From assembly GCF_964204645.1 (NCBI RefSeq), contig NC_134029.1:12178850-12242849 (forward strand): a stretch of DNA of 64,000 nucleotides, read 5' to 3'. This DNA is from Tubulanus polymorphus (Eukaryota > Animalia > Nemertea). Under the pieces are notes generated by a model that made no database searches, was not told the DNA's origin, and saw only the letters and a program-made list of their open reading frames with translations. Shown piece by piece: positions 1 to 12,418 of the stretch (position 1 is the first letter of the stretch; each line of letters begins with the position of its first letter). A program made the translations under genes and the position numbers.

Positions 1-902
1 GTTGGATCGAGCCACTCTTTTTACTGATCATTGACAAGCCAGGCTTCATTGAACTTACACCTGCCCATGACACTAACCCTAAACAAAAATAAAACTGACT
101 ATTCATCAGCAAATTCCATAAAAATGCTATTTCCAAATAGACTAATTGACAAAATTAAATAAGCAGGTAGGCCTAGCCTAAGTATACGCAATTTTTTCCG
201 CCAATCATTAAATGCTAAAACAGAAAGCTTCGCGTGAGCGAGGGATTTGCTTTAATCAGATATATAACAACGTTTATATATCAGCGCCAACTGCACTCAT
301 AGATTAGACACACACAATTTATTTTCTAAAAAGGCGGGAATCGCTCACATAGTAATGCCTGCTGTGTAACACGCGCCTGTGCGTCTAGTCTAGTAACACA
401 TTACTGCAGAGTTCAATCAGTGAAGTAAGTAGCGAGCCATGTGGTGGTTAAGCGCGTGATTGGCACACAGCCAAGATTGAAGAAATCCTGTATACCGGTA
501 GATGCCGCGCGCATGTGTGTTGTAGAACATAAAAAGATTTATGACCTTTACTGAATATGATTCAGGACGGGAAAACAGGGGACCTTTAAACATGCGCGAG
601 AAGTAATGCAACACACGCGTCAGCTCATGCGAGCACGTGACCTTAGTGACAGCAGGTTCGAATCCCACAAAAGGAAAATTCATCGCCCCCGACGCACATG
701 GCGACAACGATCGAGATAGACCAAAACAAACATACTGTTACCGCAAAGTCAGAATCCATCCATCCACAAAATGTCAAAAAATACAAACAAATACTGACTT
801 TTAGTTTATTTCATAAAAAAACAAGACAAATACTGGCTATGATTTTTTTTTCAAATATACAAATAAATACCGACTTGAAAGACCCGCTACGAACCCTGGA
901 AC

Positions 903-1290
903 AGGTCAGATGGCATGAAAATCGACTGTGGCTGACTAATTGGTGCGAGTAGATCAGGCGTTGATGTTTCAAACGGTGTAGCCAAAATGATTGTATCATC
1001 AGGGGTAGACAAATTATCCGAAGAAAAATGAAAAATTCACCTCGTTGATCGTCAGTTGATTTTGCTGTATTTTTTTCGCCTAAAAACACATCATTCAGTT
1101 CAAAATCTGTGTTCAGTAGAATTTCTTTCAATAAAACGAAAATTTATTTGACTAACTTTTATGTATTCAAGATTGAATTTGAAATGATCTTAAAACCAGA
1201 GAAAGCATTCTCAGAAATTCAGAAAATCCTAGAGTCATAATCAAATTCTGTGAAGTCAGTTAAGGTCTCGAATCAAGCCAAGGGCTCAGG
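903..1290 (+). repeat. Interspersed repeat, second copy at ~34835-35170
   Basis: aggtcagatggcatgaaaatcgactgtgg...tcaaattctgtgaagtcagttaaggtc...gggctcaggtg is shared between the two loci. Family unknown. Confidence 0.75.
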
Positions 1291-1505
1291 TGGCCTATAC
1301 GCTGGGCCGAAACGTCGCGTGGAAATTTGCATTTATTTATTTAGTGCACCTTCAGGACTCTCCATCCCTCCGTCCGTCCCTCCATCCCTCCCTCCTTCCC
1401 TATTTCCCTCCCCCTCCCCTATGTGGAATGTACATAATGAAAGAGTTTAGAGTTATCTCCATAATATCAACGTTATCTCCGATCTATTTTGTCTACTATT
1501 TACAG

Positions 1506-1670
1506 GGACATTTTTGTGGAATCTACATAACAGTGCATTCCGCTGTAATGAGAGGGGTGAAAATGTTCTAGATGGTGGAGCACACTTTTATGAAGTCTAC
1601 CTAACGAATGATGGCAAATACATGGCTGTTGGAGCCCTCGAACCAAAATTCTATAGGAATCTTTTGAAAG
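1506..1670 (+). CDS. AMACR: Alpha-methylacyl-CoA racemase (CaiB/BaiF family), penultimate coding exon
   Basis: Peptide [34 protein letters not shown] matches the AMACR motif (RGxNxLDGGAPFY...DG.FMAVGAIEPQFY). Acceptor tacag ends at 1505, donor GT at 1671. Upstream exons were not found in the window. Confidence 0.9.
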
Positions 1671-2226
1671 GTTGGATTACTTATTGGACACTATTTTAAT
1701 CTGAATTATCTGAAATCTAGTGGCACATTTGATAAGAACATATTAGGTGTCACTGAACTCAATTCAAAGGCTTTTGAGACTAATATAGATGAAATAATTC
1801 ATACAGTAAACGTGGGCTAACTTGGATTCAATTGCGAGACTCGCCTTTCTCGTAGTATTTCTCTAGGTCCCAATATAAAAAATCAGTAAAAGTGACCCAA
1901 CACAAGTCTTAGTTATGGATAACAAAATACGTTGAGAAGTCAGAAAGAGTTTTTCTTTTTCGTCCGAGTTAGTCATATTTAAGTTAGGTGAGGTTAACTG
2001 TATTTTCTGTTAAGTTGCAAGGGTGGAAGACTAATTTTCTTTGAATGAATGTGTTAGTTTACATATTTGTTTTAAAAGTTACTGTTTGTCAGTGCTGGAT
2101 CATTCATAAGGTACTCACACATATTCGACTGATTTTTGGATGCTCATGAATGACCCCTTTACTCTAATCGGTGAGCACCTTAGAATTGTGATAATTAATC
2201 GAATATACATAGTACTTATTTTCTAG

Positions 2227-2627
2227 GATTGGGGCTGTCAATTGAGGATCATCCACAAAGTTTGAATTGCCAAAAAAGCAAAGAGAAGTTTAAAGAGCTG
2301 TTTGTTAGCAAAAGCCAAGATGAATGGACAAAAATATTTGATGGGTTGGATGCTTGTGTTACTGCTGTAGTAGATTTAACTGATGCTCATGAGCATGTGC
2401 AAAGTAAAGCACGCTCATCATTTGTATTAGTAGATAACGGTAATATAGAACCCGGACCAGCTCCACGTCTTCAGCGAACTCCCGGTCTTGCCCAGTCGTC
2501 AACTCCAACTGTGGGCCAGCACACAAATGAGATTTTACAAAGATATGGTTTCACGAATGAGCAAGTGAAACAGTTCGAAGAGCATGGGGCAATTTTTCAA
2601 AATTATGATACCGAGTCAAAGTTATAG
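2227..2627 (+). CDS. AMACR: AMACR last coding exon, ending in peroxisomal targeting signal SKL
   Basis: Acceptor ttctag ends at 2226 and is phase-compatible (G|GA TTG GGG = GLGL). Peptide EWTKIFDGLDACVT...PGPAPRL...VGQHTNEIL..YGF, C-terminal -SKL, AATAAA at 2669-2674. Confidence 0.9.
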
Positions 2628-2854
2628 TGTTCAAAGATGGAAATCATGTAATGTTTTTATATAAGCTCAATAAAAGGTATATATTGTGATCAATGAGATC
2701 TAAAGAGAATAATTCATTTGTTGTTTAAAATTTGTAATGTAAGTTATATCCAATTGAATCACACCCACGTGGGTCATAACTCCCAACAGGCTTTTATAAC
2801 CTTCACCTTTCTGGCCGTAGACAAAAGCTAGTTAATTTGGAAAGTTTTGAAGAC

Positions 2855-3297
2855 GCTTCACAATCACAATCACAGCATCTATATCTCCCTCACAATCACA
2901 GCATCTATATCAACTTCACAATCACAGCATCTATATCACCCTCATAATCGCAACATCTATATCATCATCATCGCAGCATCTATATCACCCTTACAATCAC
3001 AGCATCTATATCAACCTCACAATCACAGCATCTATATCACCCTCACATTCACAGCATCTATATGACCCTCACAACCACAGCATCTAAATCACCCTCACAA
3101 TCACAGAATCAGTACCACCCTCACAATCGCAACATCAATATCATCCTCATCATCGCAGCATCTATATCTACCTCACAATCAGAGCATCTATATCACCCTC
3201 ACAATCACAGCATCTATATCAACCTCACAATCACAGCATCTATATCACCCCACAACCACAGCATCTATATCACCCTCATAATCACAGCATCTATATT
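2855..3297 (+). repeat. ~26-bp minisatellite (TCACAATCACAGCATCTATATCACCC)n
   Basis: Directly visible tandem units. Preceded (2761-2860) by a degenerate copy of the HINE-B head (gttttgaagacgcttca). Confidence 0.9.
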
Positions 3298-4521
3298 ATA
3301 CTCACAATATGGAGCTACAAGCCGATACGCGGCGCTGATTAGCAACTCAGTCTCACCGCAACGTGGCGCTGCAGTATTGCTTCGTTATTTTCAAGTTTTT
3401 TAACGGCCAACTTCCTTGAGGTTATCGTGAATAGATGCTGCTGTCGTGAGTCACAATGAATTCCAAACAAGATAAATGAAATGACGTTACCAGAATTGAA
3501 ATTGGAACTGAAAACGTTCGGGGCAAAGGTGTCTGGTAGAATAAGAGCTTTGTGAGAGGTGATTTTTATGTCCATTGAATTGAATTGTCTGTCTATTTTA
3601 TTGCATTTTACTCCCGGGTTCGGCACAGGCACAGAGAACGATTTTTAGGCCAGCCGTAGGCTATACAAATGGGGCGAATTTAAATGACGTGGTTTCCAGA
3701 GTAAAGGCTCTTTGACTGTGCAACTGAGCATGTATTCGTACAAATCATTCCTTAAAGCATTATCCATTCTCCAAACTCTACGTAGCTGAATTTTGAAAGA
3801 GGGCCTAGTTAAAATTTATATGAGCTTTTTCGCGAAAATCGGATTGCAAAAATATTGGTTTAGAAAAGCCAACCAGAAAGCAAAGACTCCTCTATGATTG
3901 GCTTAGCTGCAGAGATCAGCAGGTGTTCACGTGAACCCGCGGTATCGTCTACCGTTTTACTTCCGGGTTTGATTTTAAGATCTAAATTTGTATTTCAAGA
4001 TTGATTTCTGTGAAAGCTTTAGTTGATTTGGTTTTTCGGAGGAATATTTTTAATAGCACTACAGAAAATGTCATTGACAATTGTGCAAACTCCGGGAAAA
4101 AATAGCTTTTTCTAAAATTGGATAGGTGACCTTGATATGCTAATTTGCCATGTGCGAAGTGCAAATTCAATCAAATTTTATTCTGCATTAAAATATCAAA
4201 TCCAATTCAATTTTACTTTATTGAACAAATAAAAACATCAAATCCAATTCAATGTTGTATTTCCGTCGAGTACTGTACCCTTTCCTATGGTTTTCGCCAA
4301 TATTTTCTAAATTTGGATTGATCGCCAATGGTTTTTCTATACGACCCGGCCCTGCGGTATTGCATTTTAGCCACTGGCGAAATCCGCCATCTTTTTTCTT
4401 GTCATTCTTGTATATGAACGCGTTGGATTTTTTTCGCTATCCCTTGTTTCTTTTTTCCCGAAAAAATTAAACTAATTTAATTTAATTTAATTCATTATTG
4501 TGACCGATTAATTGAATAATT

Positions 4522-4782
4522 ATGCCGCCTCCTCCAAAAGGTCAGCATCGTGGCGGTGAGGGATGTGGACATTTATTCGGTGCCTGTGCGTCGTGCAGGC
4601 GTAAATCTGGCCAAATCTGTTCTAGGAATAATCCTTGCAAGATTTGCGAGGTTTGGTCCGAGGACCTTTGGATTCGGGCCGATAAGGCTCGGAAGCTGAG
4701 AGATCGTCGTCGAGTTAATAGTAGGGATTCGTCGGTTAGCACGGTCGGCTTCCCTACTCCGTTCACCGGGGAGGAACGCTAG
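4522..4782 (+). pseudogene. DIRS gag-like N-terminus with Cys cluster
   Basis: H..CASC...C....PC..C..W pattern just inside the left ITR, followed by Ser/Arg-rich low-complexity sequence. Confidence 0.6.
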
Positions 4783-5096
4783 TTCACCGGTACCGGTCTC
4801 CGGTCAATCACCGGTCGCTGGTCGTTCACCGTTTTAGACGGTTCGTCCGGTAGTCGAGATACCGGCACAAGCCGGCTGGCACCGGTTCGGGTACCGGTCC
4901 GGTCCAGACGTCACCCGGTTCTAAACCTCCGGTTTGTACATCGTCTGATTTTGACGTTTCGAATCATAGTCATCGTCGCTGCGGGGATCGCTCTCCCACT
5001 AGGTCCAGACGCCGTAAGCGCAAGGTCTCCTTCTCGCAGATCAAGGATTGATGCTCGGTTGGTCGTCAATGGCGAATTGAAGCTCTAAAACATCGA

Positions 5097-5500
5097 GTGG
5101 AACCGGGTCTTCCAGACAGGACGTTATATCCTGTACGGGCGTTGTGTTTCTATTTAGATCGCTCTGTTCCACGAAGGGTTTCGCGGGGGCGGTTATTTAT
5201 TCCGCTGTTGGATCACCTGAAGGGTGATATTTCTCGGGACACAGTGGCCCGATGGGTCTCATCACTGATCAAGGACATTTTATTGAAGGAGAATCTTTCC
5301 TCGGAGGGAGCTGTTTCTCATCAAGCGAGGTCTATGGCTACTTCCTGCGCAGCCTGTTCAGGTGCTCCGTTGGAAGAAGTCTGTCGGGCCGCCTTTTGGA
5401 ATTCTCCATCGACATTCACGTCATTTTATTTACGGGATGTTTCAGGCCAGTTAGGCTCATTAGCGTCACTCGGTCCTGTTGTTATGGCTCAAGGTGTCTG
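5097..5500 (+). pseudogene. DIRS tyrosine recombinase, C-terminal fragment
   Basis: PVRAL..YL, LFIP, ISRDTVARWV, HQAR (HxxR), AAFWNSPSTFTSFY (catalytic W/Y region) motifs. Confidence 0.85.
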
Positions 5501-5719
5501 TTCTTTCCGATCGGACTCTTTGAGCGTAGAATTTTTATGTTTGCCTTATCAGGATCACAAGGGGTGTATCCATGTACATTGTTTGAGCTCATATTCGCAA
5601 GTATTAATTTTGCAAAATTCGGGGGGGGGAGGCCTGAGCTGGACGGACTCACTGTGGCCAACCGGTCTTCCCTGTGCTACAGTGCTCCATTCCATGCTTA
5701 GGTAAGAGCTCTTTTTTCC

Positions 5720-6705
5720 GGCGCTATTGCACTTTCGTACCCCCCTCACAAAAATTTTTATATGTATATTTCTGTATATTATTTCTGTGTAATTTTTCTG
5801 TATATTATTAATCAGGGAGGTCTGTAGAGTCCATCCTCGCTTGCCAGGGGTCCAGTATCACTCCCGAACTCGCTTCCACCAGCCCCCTAGCCTCACTAAG
5901 CGTGATTTCATTACTGGCGCTGTTGCGCATGACGTCATATATCGATTTGCGAAATACTTCCTTGTTCGGTAAAACGTTCGCTGATTGGTCCATTTAACGG
6001 GAAAACAAACAGAAGTCTACTGTCGGTTTGTTACAAGCGCTGTGATTGGTACGACCGGATTCTGGTCGGCTAGTAACGACTCCAACGACTCGTGAGGTCA
6101 AGGGGTTCGGGGAACAGCTTTAGCGTAGTGGGTTCGAATCCCTTGACGGGTGAAGATGGTAGAGTCAAAATAATTACTTTTGACCAAAAAAAATTAATTT
6201 TTCCTAGCCAAAATTCTGATAATTTGGGGCCGATTTCCTCGATTCAAACCGACGGGTCGGCCATGTTTCCGCACTAATTACTACCTAAAACATCTGAATA
6301 AATCATCTCAATAAATTTAATTGAATTGACAAAATTTTGTTTTTGGGCATATAACTTTTCTTCATCAGAACATCTTTAGATCAATAGCTAAGTATGAAAA
6401 TAATGCAAACATACACGTCATTTTCAGAGATGGTTATGTTTGAAAACAGGGTTTTTGCAAAGTTTTAATGTCATGACATTTCAGTAGAGGGTTAGAAACT
6501 TTGATTGACATCCAATATTGCGTTGTTGACGTCGCGAATCGGCGATTTTACACGCGATTTAGGGCCCAAAATATCTTAATGTTAACCAAGTAAAAGTAAG
6601 TTTTTTGGGTCAAAAGTTACTGATTTTGAATCCCTAGACCTCCCTGATAAAAAATATGCTGAAACAAAAATTTTTGGGAGGGGGGTACGAAAGTGCAATA
6701 GCGCC
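5720..6705. mobile_element. Non-autonomous DNA transposon (MITE) inserted in DIRS; GG termini, 8-bp TSD (Merlin-like)
   Basis: TIR ggcgctattgcactttcgtacccccct at 5720 and its complement ending at 6705. TSD ttttttcc at 5712-5719 and 6706-6713. Confidence 0.85.
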
Positions 6706-7247
6706 TTTTTTCCCTCTTACCTAGCAAAAACCATAGGAAAGGGTACAGTACTCGACGGAAATATTACATTTTTTGGAACTAAAATTTGTATTTCCGAGTA
6801 GTACTTACCCTTTCCTATGGTGGGAATCACGCCCTCCTGCCCCGCATAGCTGCATTTTTGGGTCTGCTATGACGTAAAAAGATAGGGGATTTCGCCGGTG
6901 GCTAAATGCAATACCGCAGGGCCGGGTCGTATAGAAAAACCATTGGCGATCAATCCAAATTTAGAAAATATGGGCAAAAACCATAGAAAAGGGTAAATAC
7001 TACTCGGAAATACAAATTTTAGTTCCAAAAATTGTAATTTTATTGAGCAACTTTCAGAAAATTGAATTCTATTCCGCATTAGAATCAATAAGACCAAGGG
7101 AAATGATTTATCTGGGGTAATTGTTCCTGCCCGCTCCAGTCGCTGTCCATGCTACTTTTGTATTGTACGGTTGTATTGTGTAAATTATTAGGTATTGACT
7201 CTGAGCTGGGAGTGTATTTTGACAAATTCAACCCACAGAATGCTTCA

Positions 7248-8437
7248 TCATTTGCCATTTTTGAAAAGCTGACAGGCTGGACATAGTGCCCCTCGAGGCT
7301 CATGGACTTGAACACTAAACGACGGAACCGAACTATGATAAACCCGGCCCATCACACCACCCATCCCCTTAAATTGCTGAGGCCGCGCACCGACAATATA
7401 ATTTACCTCGGACACGCGCTCAATAACAGTATACGGCCCCTTCCACTTGTGGTGGAATTTTGACGCCTCCCCCTGTTCCAGGAAATGGCTTAGCAACCAG
7501 ACACGGTCACCCTCTTGGTAACCACCACGTTTGGCAAACTTGTTATATGCCAATTTCTGGCGCCTTTGAGCAGCCTGCAGACGGTCTCTCACATGGTGAT
7601 GGGCATACTCGAGGCGGTCAGTCAGGTCATGGCTGTACTTGGTTTTAAGTCCTGAAGGGTTCGGGTTCCCAACCACGAAGGTTAGATAAAATGGTGTTTC
7701 CTGGGTTGACGTCTGGATGCTGGAACGAAAAGCAATCAGGCATGCGGGCAAATGGTCATCCCAATTGGTCCCCTTATCATTAACGGCGACTGTCAGTGTT
7801 GACTTCAGTGTCTTGTTGAGGTTCTCAACCTGACCATTGCCCATCGGATGGTATGCTGTCGTTCGTGTCTTATCGATGCCTAATATGGTACACATCTGAG
7901 CAAATACCCTGGATTCAAAGTTGGAACCACGATCGGAATGAATGCTCTCTTCACCAGGATTCGGGAAACAACGTGCGCCTTCTCACTACGAATGGCCCAT
8001 GCTTCTGGCCATTTAGTAAATGCGTCCTGGGCGGCGAGGATGTAAACATTTCCATGGCGAGTACGGGGTAATGGGCCCACAATGTCGACATGAAGGCGCT
8101 GACCACGCGTCCCAATAGGAGTAGGGATAAGTGGGGCCTTTGGACGTTTCGGTGGGGATTTACATTCCTGGCAGATTGCGAACTCTTTAACAAAAGTTCT
8201 TACCCTTGCGGTCAACCCCGGGCACCAAAACCTTTGGCGGGCTTTGTGTTCTGTTTTTGCCCTTCCAAGGTGCTTTCCAGCAAACCCCTGATGCAATTCC
8301 TTAATTGCTTTTGGTGCAAGGCATACAGGCAGGATAGTGCGGTACTGCTGTTTCGTGGAGTCTGTGGGTGGCTTGAAGAGCAGAAGACTATCATGAAGTA
8401 CTAGCCTCTCAAACAGACCATAAAGACTCCGAGCCAA
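7248..8437 (-). pseudogene. Gypsy integrase (frameshifted)
   Basis: H..GKHLG...CQEC zinc motif, LHVDIVGP, DAFTKW, TTAYHPMGNGQVENLN, KWKGPY (GPY/F). Confidence 0.92.
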
Positions 8438-8587
8438 CTTCCCACACTGCTTGCTGCAGTTCTGCGACAGATGGTTTTGCCTTACTCGTCTCCAGCGTTA
8501 TTATTACAGAGTAAATATCAGGGTCGTTGCGCTGTGCCAATTTAATTTCGGCTCGGTGTAAGCAATCACGATCAACTTTGACATTTG

Positions 8588-9630
8588 CTACGAGTGGTGA
8601 CTTAGGGAGGCCTGTTGAATTTTAAATTTACTGCCCAACAGGTAGTGACGAAAGCGGTCTATCATGTCCACTAAAGCCAACATTTCTCTCCGTGTTGCGC
8701 AATAATTTTCTTCTCCGCACCTGAATGCACGGCCACCATACTCAATGATCCTCTCGCTCCCGTCTGGTTGGGCCTGAGACAATACCCCACCAATTGCCCA
8801 GTTACTAGCGTCGCAGTCCAGTATAAAAGTGCCACCTGAGACGGTGAAATCTGGGAATGCTAGAATCGGTGGATTGATAAGTCTGTCTTTCAAGGTCTGG
8901 AATGAGTCTTCCTGTTCTTTACGCCAAACGAACGGGTTATTCTTCCTTGTAAGGCGATGCAATGGTGCGGCTAGAGAGGAGAAGTCTGGGATATATTGAG
9001 AGTAGTATGTGACCAGTCCCATGAAGCTACGTAATTCCGCCACATTCTTTGGGACCGGCCAGTCTCTTACCACCTCACACTTTGAACTGTCTGCCTCGAT
9101 TCCAGCTGAACTTACAATCCTGACCAGGAACTTTATTTTCCGCCTCATAAGTTTGCATTTTCTTGGTTTCAGCTTCAAGTTGGCATTCCGTAGGTACGTG
9201 AAAACACCATCCAGCCTTCCCACATGAGTTTCCAGGTCTGAAGAGAACACGACAACATCGTCGAGGTAGATGAGGCACGTTTTCCACGCAACCTCATCGT
9301 GGACCATAGACATGAGTCGTGAGAATGCCGCTGGGGCATTAGTCACCCCAAACGGCATCACATTCCACTCGTACAAGTGCCTATCAGTGGTGAACGCCGT
9401 CTTTTGCTTGTGTTGTTCCTTGATTGGCACTTGCCAGTATGAGCTGGTCATGTCGAGGCTAGAAAACCAGACTGAACCAGCCAGGGCTTCGAGTGTACTA
9501 TCAATCGAGGGGTGGCTGTCATCCCGAGGGGTGGCTGTCCTTGACCGTGCACTCGTTCAACTTTCGGTAGTCGCAGCACAAACGAAGAGTGCCGTCGGCC
9601 TTCTTGGCTAGGAGAATTGGGCTTGCTCAT
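8588..9630 (-). pseudogene. Gypsy reverse transcriptase / RNase H
   Basis: YWQVP, KTAF, MPFGVTNAPAAF, YLDD, LDCDASNWAIGGVLSQ, NYCATRREMLA. Confidence 0.95.
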
Positions 9631-9947
9631 GCACTATGCGATTCCCGTATCAAGCCCCTATCAAGCAACTCTTTTGTGGTAGTATCTACAAAGTCCCGAC
9701 GTGCCGGTGGCATACGCCGCGGTTGTTGTTTAATTGGCTTCGCCTCACCAGTGTCAATCTCAAAGTCCATGATTTTGGTCTTACCGATATCAAAATGACA
9801 GCAACCAACTGTTCCTTTATTTTGGTCGGAATGTCCAGGTCTGGGACTCCTAGTTCCCCCAGGAGGTTCTGTAGATCAGAGTCATGTGGTGTCTTGTCGA
9901 ACTCTTGTACTACTTGCTGTTTGGTACCTTCGTTAAGAGACATTACT

Positions 9948-10620
9948 TCAAGCGATTGCAGAGGGCAAAAACACCCAACAGGTTGGCCGCTTTTTGTCTC
10001 TATAGGTGCAATCTGAGAAGTTTGCCAGTCTTACAGGTACCTTGTCGTCCTTTGGTACCACAAGTGACTTTCCCGTACAGAACTCAGTCCGTTTGCAACC
10101 CTCGATAATCCCCGGCATATAGTTTCCCATGGAGTTGCGTTTGATGTAACCTTCAACTACCACCTCTGAGCCAGCTGGAATATACTGGGTCCGGCTTACG
10201 TAGACCCTGCACGCCTTCGGCCGAGACTGTCCTTGCTGGAGCGGGACTTCCGTCGGTCCAATCTTGAGGAAACGGTTTTCAAAGTTGACCGCACACCCAT
10301 GTTTGTCGAGGAAATCACTACCCAACAGCAGGTCCTGGGAGAGGTCTTCCGCAATTATCATTGGGTGCTCGATCTTCATACCCCCAATTTCGAGCGCAAC
10401 GTTAGCAATACCCCTGAGAGACATCTCCTGTCCAGTTGCCGTCACGAGAGATCCAGTAACCGGGGACAGGTTACACCTGTACACCTTACACTTAGAGCTC
10501 TCCCATACTGAAGCCTTCAGCACGGTACACGCTGCTCCAGTGTTGATAAGAAGTACTACATGTATATTCTTCTCCCCATTCACCCGTCCACTACAGTAAA
10601 GCCCAGTATCGTGTAGTGTT
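9948..10620 (-). pseudogene. Gypsy aspartic protease region
   Basis: LLINTGAACTV (degenerate DTGA) and LLLGSDFL motifs. Confidence 0.8.
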
Positions 10621-10878
10621 AACTGGCCTATGTTCAGGCTATCTGTCGAAACCTTAGCCAACTCATTCGTAAGACAAGGACCATCTGCAGGTAAGTCATT
10701 AGAATGAGAGATATCGGCATTGAATGAGGCGCGCCTACTCATATCCTTAGTCAGTTCAGTATGGCGATAGTTCTCCATAAGTACCCCTGGTCGAAGATTC
10801 TTGTTCCGGGAAATGTCACGAGGGGGTGATAATTTCCCTGACTCGTTTACTGTCCGTCGTCCAGGGGGTATATATATA

Positions 10879-11874
10879 TTAGCTGTTTCGGGGCATTTCA
10901 ATGACGCCTTGGGATCCCTCTGCTTCCCTGGGGTCCAGTGGAGGCGTTTCCCTGAGGACAGTCCCGCGAGTAGTGCCCAGCCTGACCACACGCATGGCAA
11001 GATACCTGAGGACATCGGTTTGCCGGGTGCTGGACACCACGACAGCGCCAGCAAATGTGGGACCCCGGGGTCGTTGGGTGTCCTGGCCGTGGCCACTAGT
11101 CTCGAGACGTTCAATCCTCGTCGACATGTCCTTCATCATTTTGGACAGCTGTGTCTGGACATCCGGGGAATCGTGCTTAACTGAAGCGATACCCCGTGAC
11201 GACTTCGGTGGAGCCTCCGTCAGCTTCCTAGCTGTTTCCAGGGTCCTTGCCGTGCCCACTGCTGCAGCCAGGGTCGCAGGTGATGAGACGTACATCTGTT
11301 GTTTGGCTGCTGCACTCATGGAGTTGTTCCTTAGAAATTGGTCCTTAGCCAGCTCATCCTGCATCTCGAAGGAGACTTTCGGGTAAGCGTTTCGGGCTAA
11401 TTCTGCCAAAGCATCGGAAAAATGTTTGAAGGATTCGTCGCGGCGCTGTTCCCTCCCCTTAAATTGCATTTTGTAATCATCGGGCGTCTTTGTGCGTTCA
11501 AACCGATTTCTTAACTGGACACAGAATTCTGCATAGCTGATAGTCCCGGGGAGCCTGAGGTTAGAAACCGCTTGGTAGGCTTCATGGTCTAACCTCATCA
11601 ACAGGTGGGCTTTTCGGGCCTCGCCATCGGGCGAAACAGCGCTTATCCCAACCATGTCGGCGTATGCGTCAAATCGCTCTAACCACACCCGAAAATTATG
11701 ACCCATGGAGTAGGTTTTCGGTACAGGGATGTTTGTCCGGGGTGATGGGCTATCGCGCGATAAAGCCTTCTCCATGTATAGGACAAATTTTCTGACGAAA
11801 TCGCTTTGCAGGTCGTCATTCTCGATTTCATTGCCGGCTACAGGAGGGATGTTGGGGTCTGTAGGGGATGACAT
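10879..11874 (-). pseudogene. Gypsy gag
   Basis: WLERFDAYA, REQRRDESF..F...L.ELA..AYP, DQFL. A CCHC knuckle CHACGQAGHYSRDCP lies in a shifted frame near 10960-11000. Confidence 0.8.
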
Positions 11875-11966
11875 TCTTATCGGCTCAATTTAGGATAGGA
11901 ATTATGATAAAATTATGATATGAAATGGAGTAAGTCAAGCCTATGTCCCAAAAACACAAAAATATA

Positions 11967-12280
11967 AGTAATAGGGATAATGGGCTTTCATACCAAAGGT
12001 CGAAAGGTCGAGCTCATAAAAAAATGAAAAAATATGAAAATAATAACAATTTCTATTTGAATTAGGAGTGAAACTCATATAAAATGAAAAATAAATTCGA
12101 GTGTGCGAGAATTATTAGCTCGACCTTTCAACCTTTGATATGAAAGCCCATTATCCCTATTACTCTTAAAATAATCATATACATGAATAAAATATATATG
12201 AATAACATATAAATTGATAGATTATTCAACATAAAAGTGTTAGTAAAGTGTGAGCTCTTATAGAATAGATATATAGATAT
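11967..12280 (+). repeat. P1 left TIR containing a foldback (11967-12164)
   Basis: agtaatagggataatgggctttcataccaaaggtcg... is followed by its inverted copy ending ...ccctattact at 12164. The inner flank matches 27035-27125 in reverse. Confidence 0.85.
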
Positions 12281-12418
12281 ATAAACATATTTCAATATTT
12301 ATATTTGTATGAGTTAGATTTTTAAACATTAAAAGTGTTAGTAAAGTGTGATTGAAATAATTCATATTTAAATCATTGAACTTCTAAAGTCAATTTTAAA
12401 AAAAAATTTAGTATTAAA

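Larger units (their letters stand above)
4256..7037 (+). mobile_element. DIRS1-like tyrosine-recombinase retrotransposon, internally deleted (no RT/RNase H)
   Basis: Left ITR ~4256-4388 is the reverse complement of right ITR ~6888-7010. An internal complementary region (~6725-6822) matches both outer ends. Contains gag-like and YR fragments. Confidence 0.85.
7248..11874 (-). mobile_element. Degenerate Ty3/Gypsy LTR retrotransposon (gag-PR-RT-RH-INT)
   Basis: Domain order and motifs typical of Gypsy. Multiple frameshifts. LTR pair not identified. Confidence 0.92.

Noticed and set aside
640-680. tRNA gene at ggttcgaatccc
   Set aside because: Only a B-box/T-arm is visible; no cloverleaf.
2847-3403. 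His/Ser/Ile-rich ORFs
   Set aside because: Translations of the 26-bp minisatellite.
7460-11386. Plus-strand ORFs over the Gypsy element
   Set aside because: Antisense shadows of GC-balanced gag-pol sequence with no motifs.
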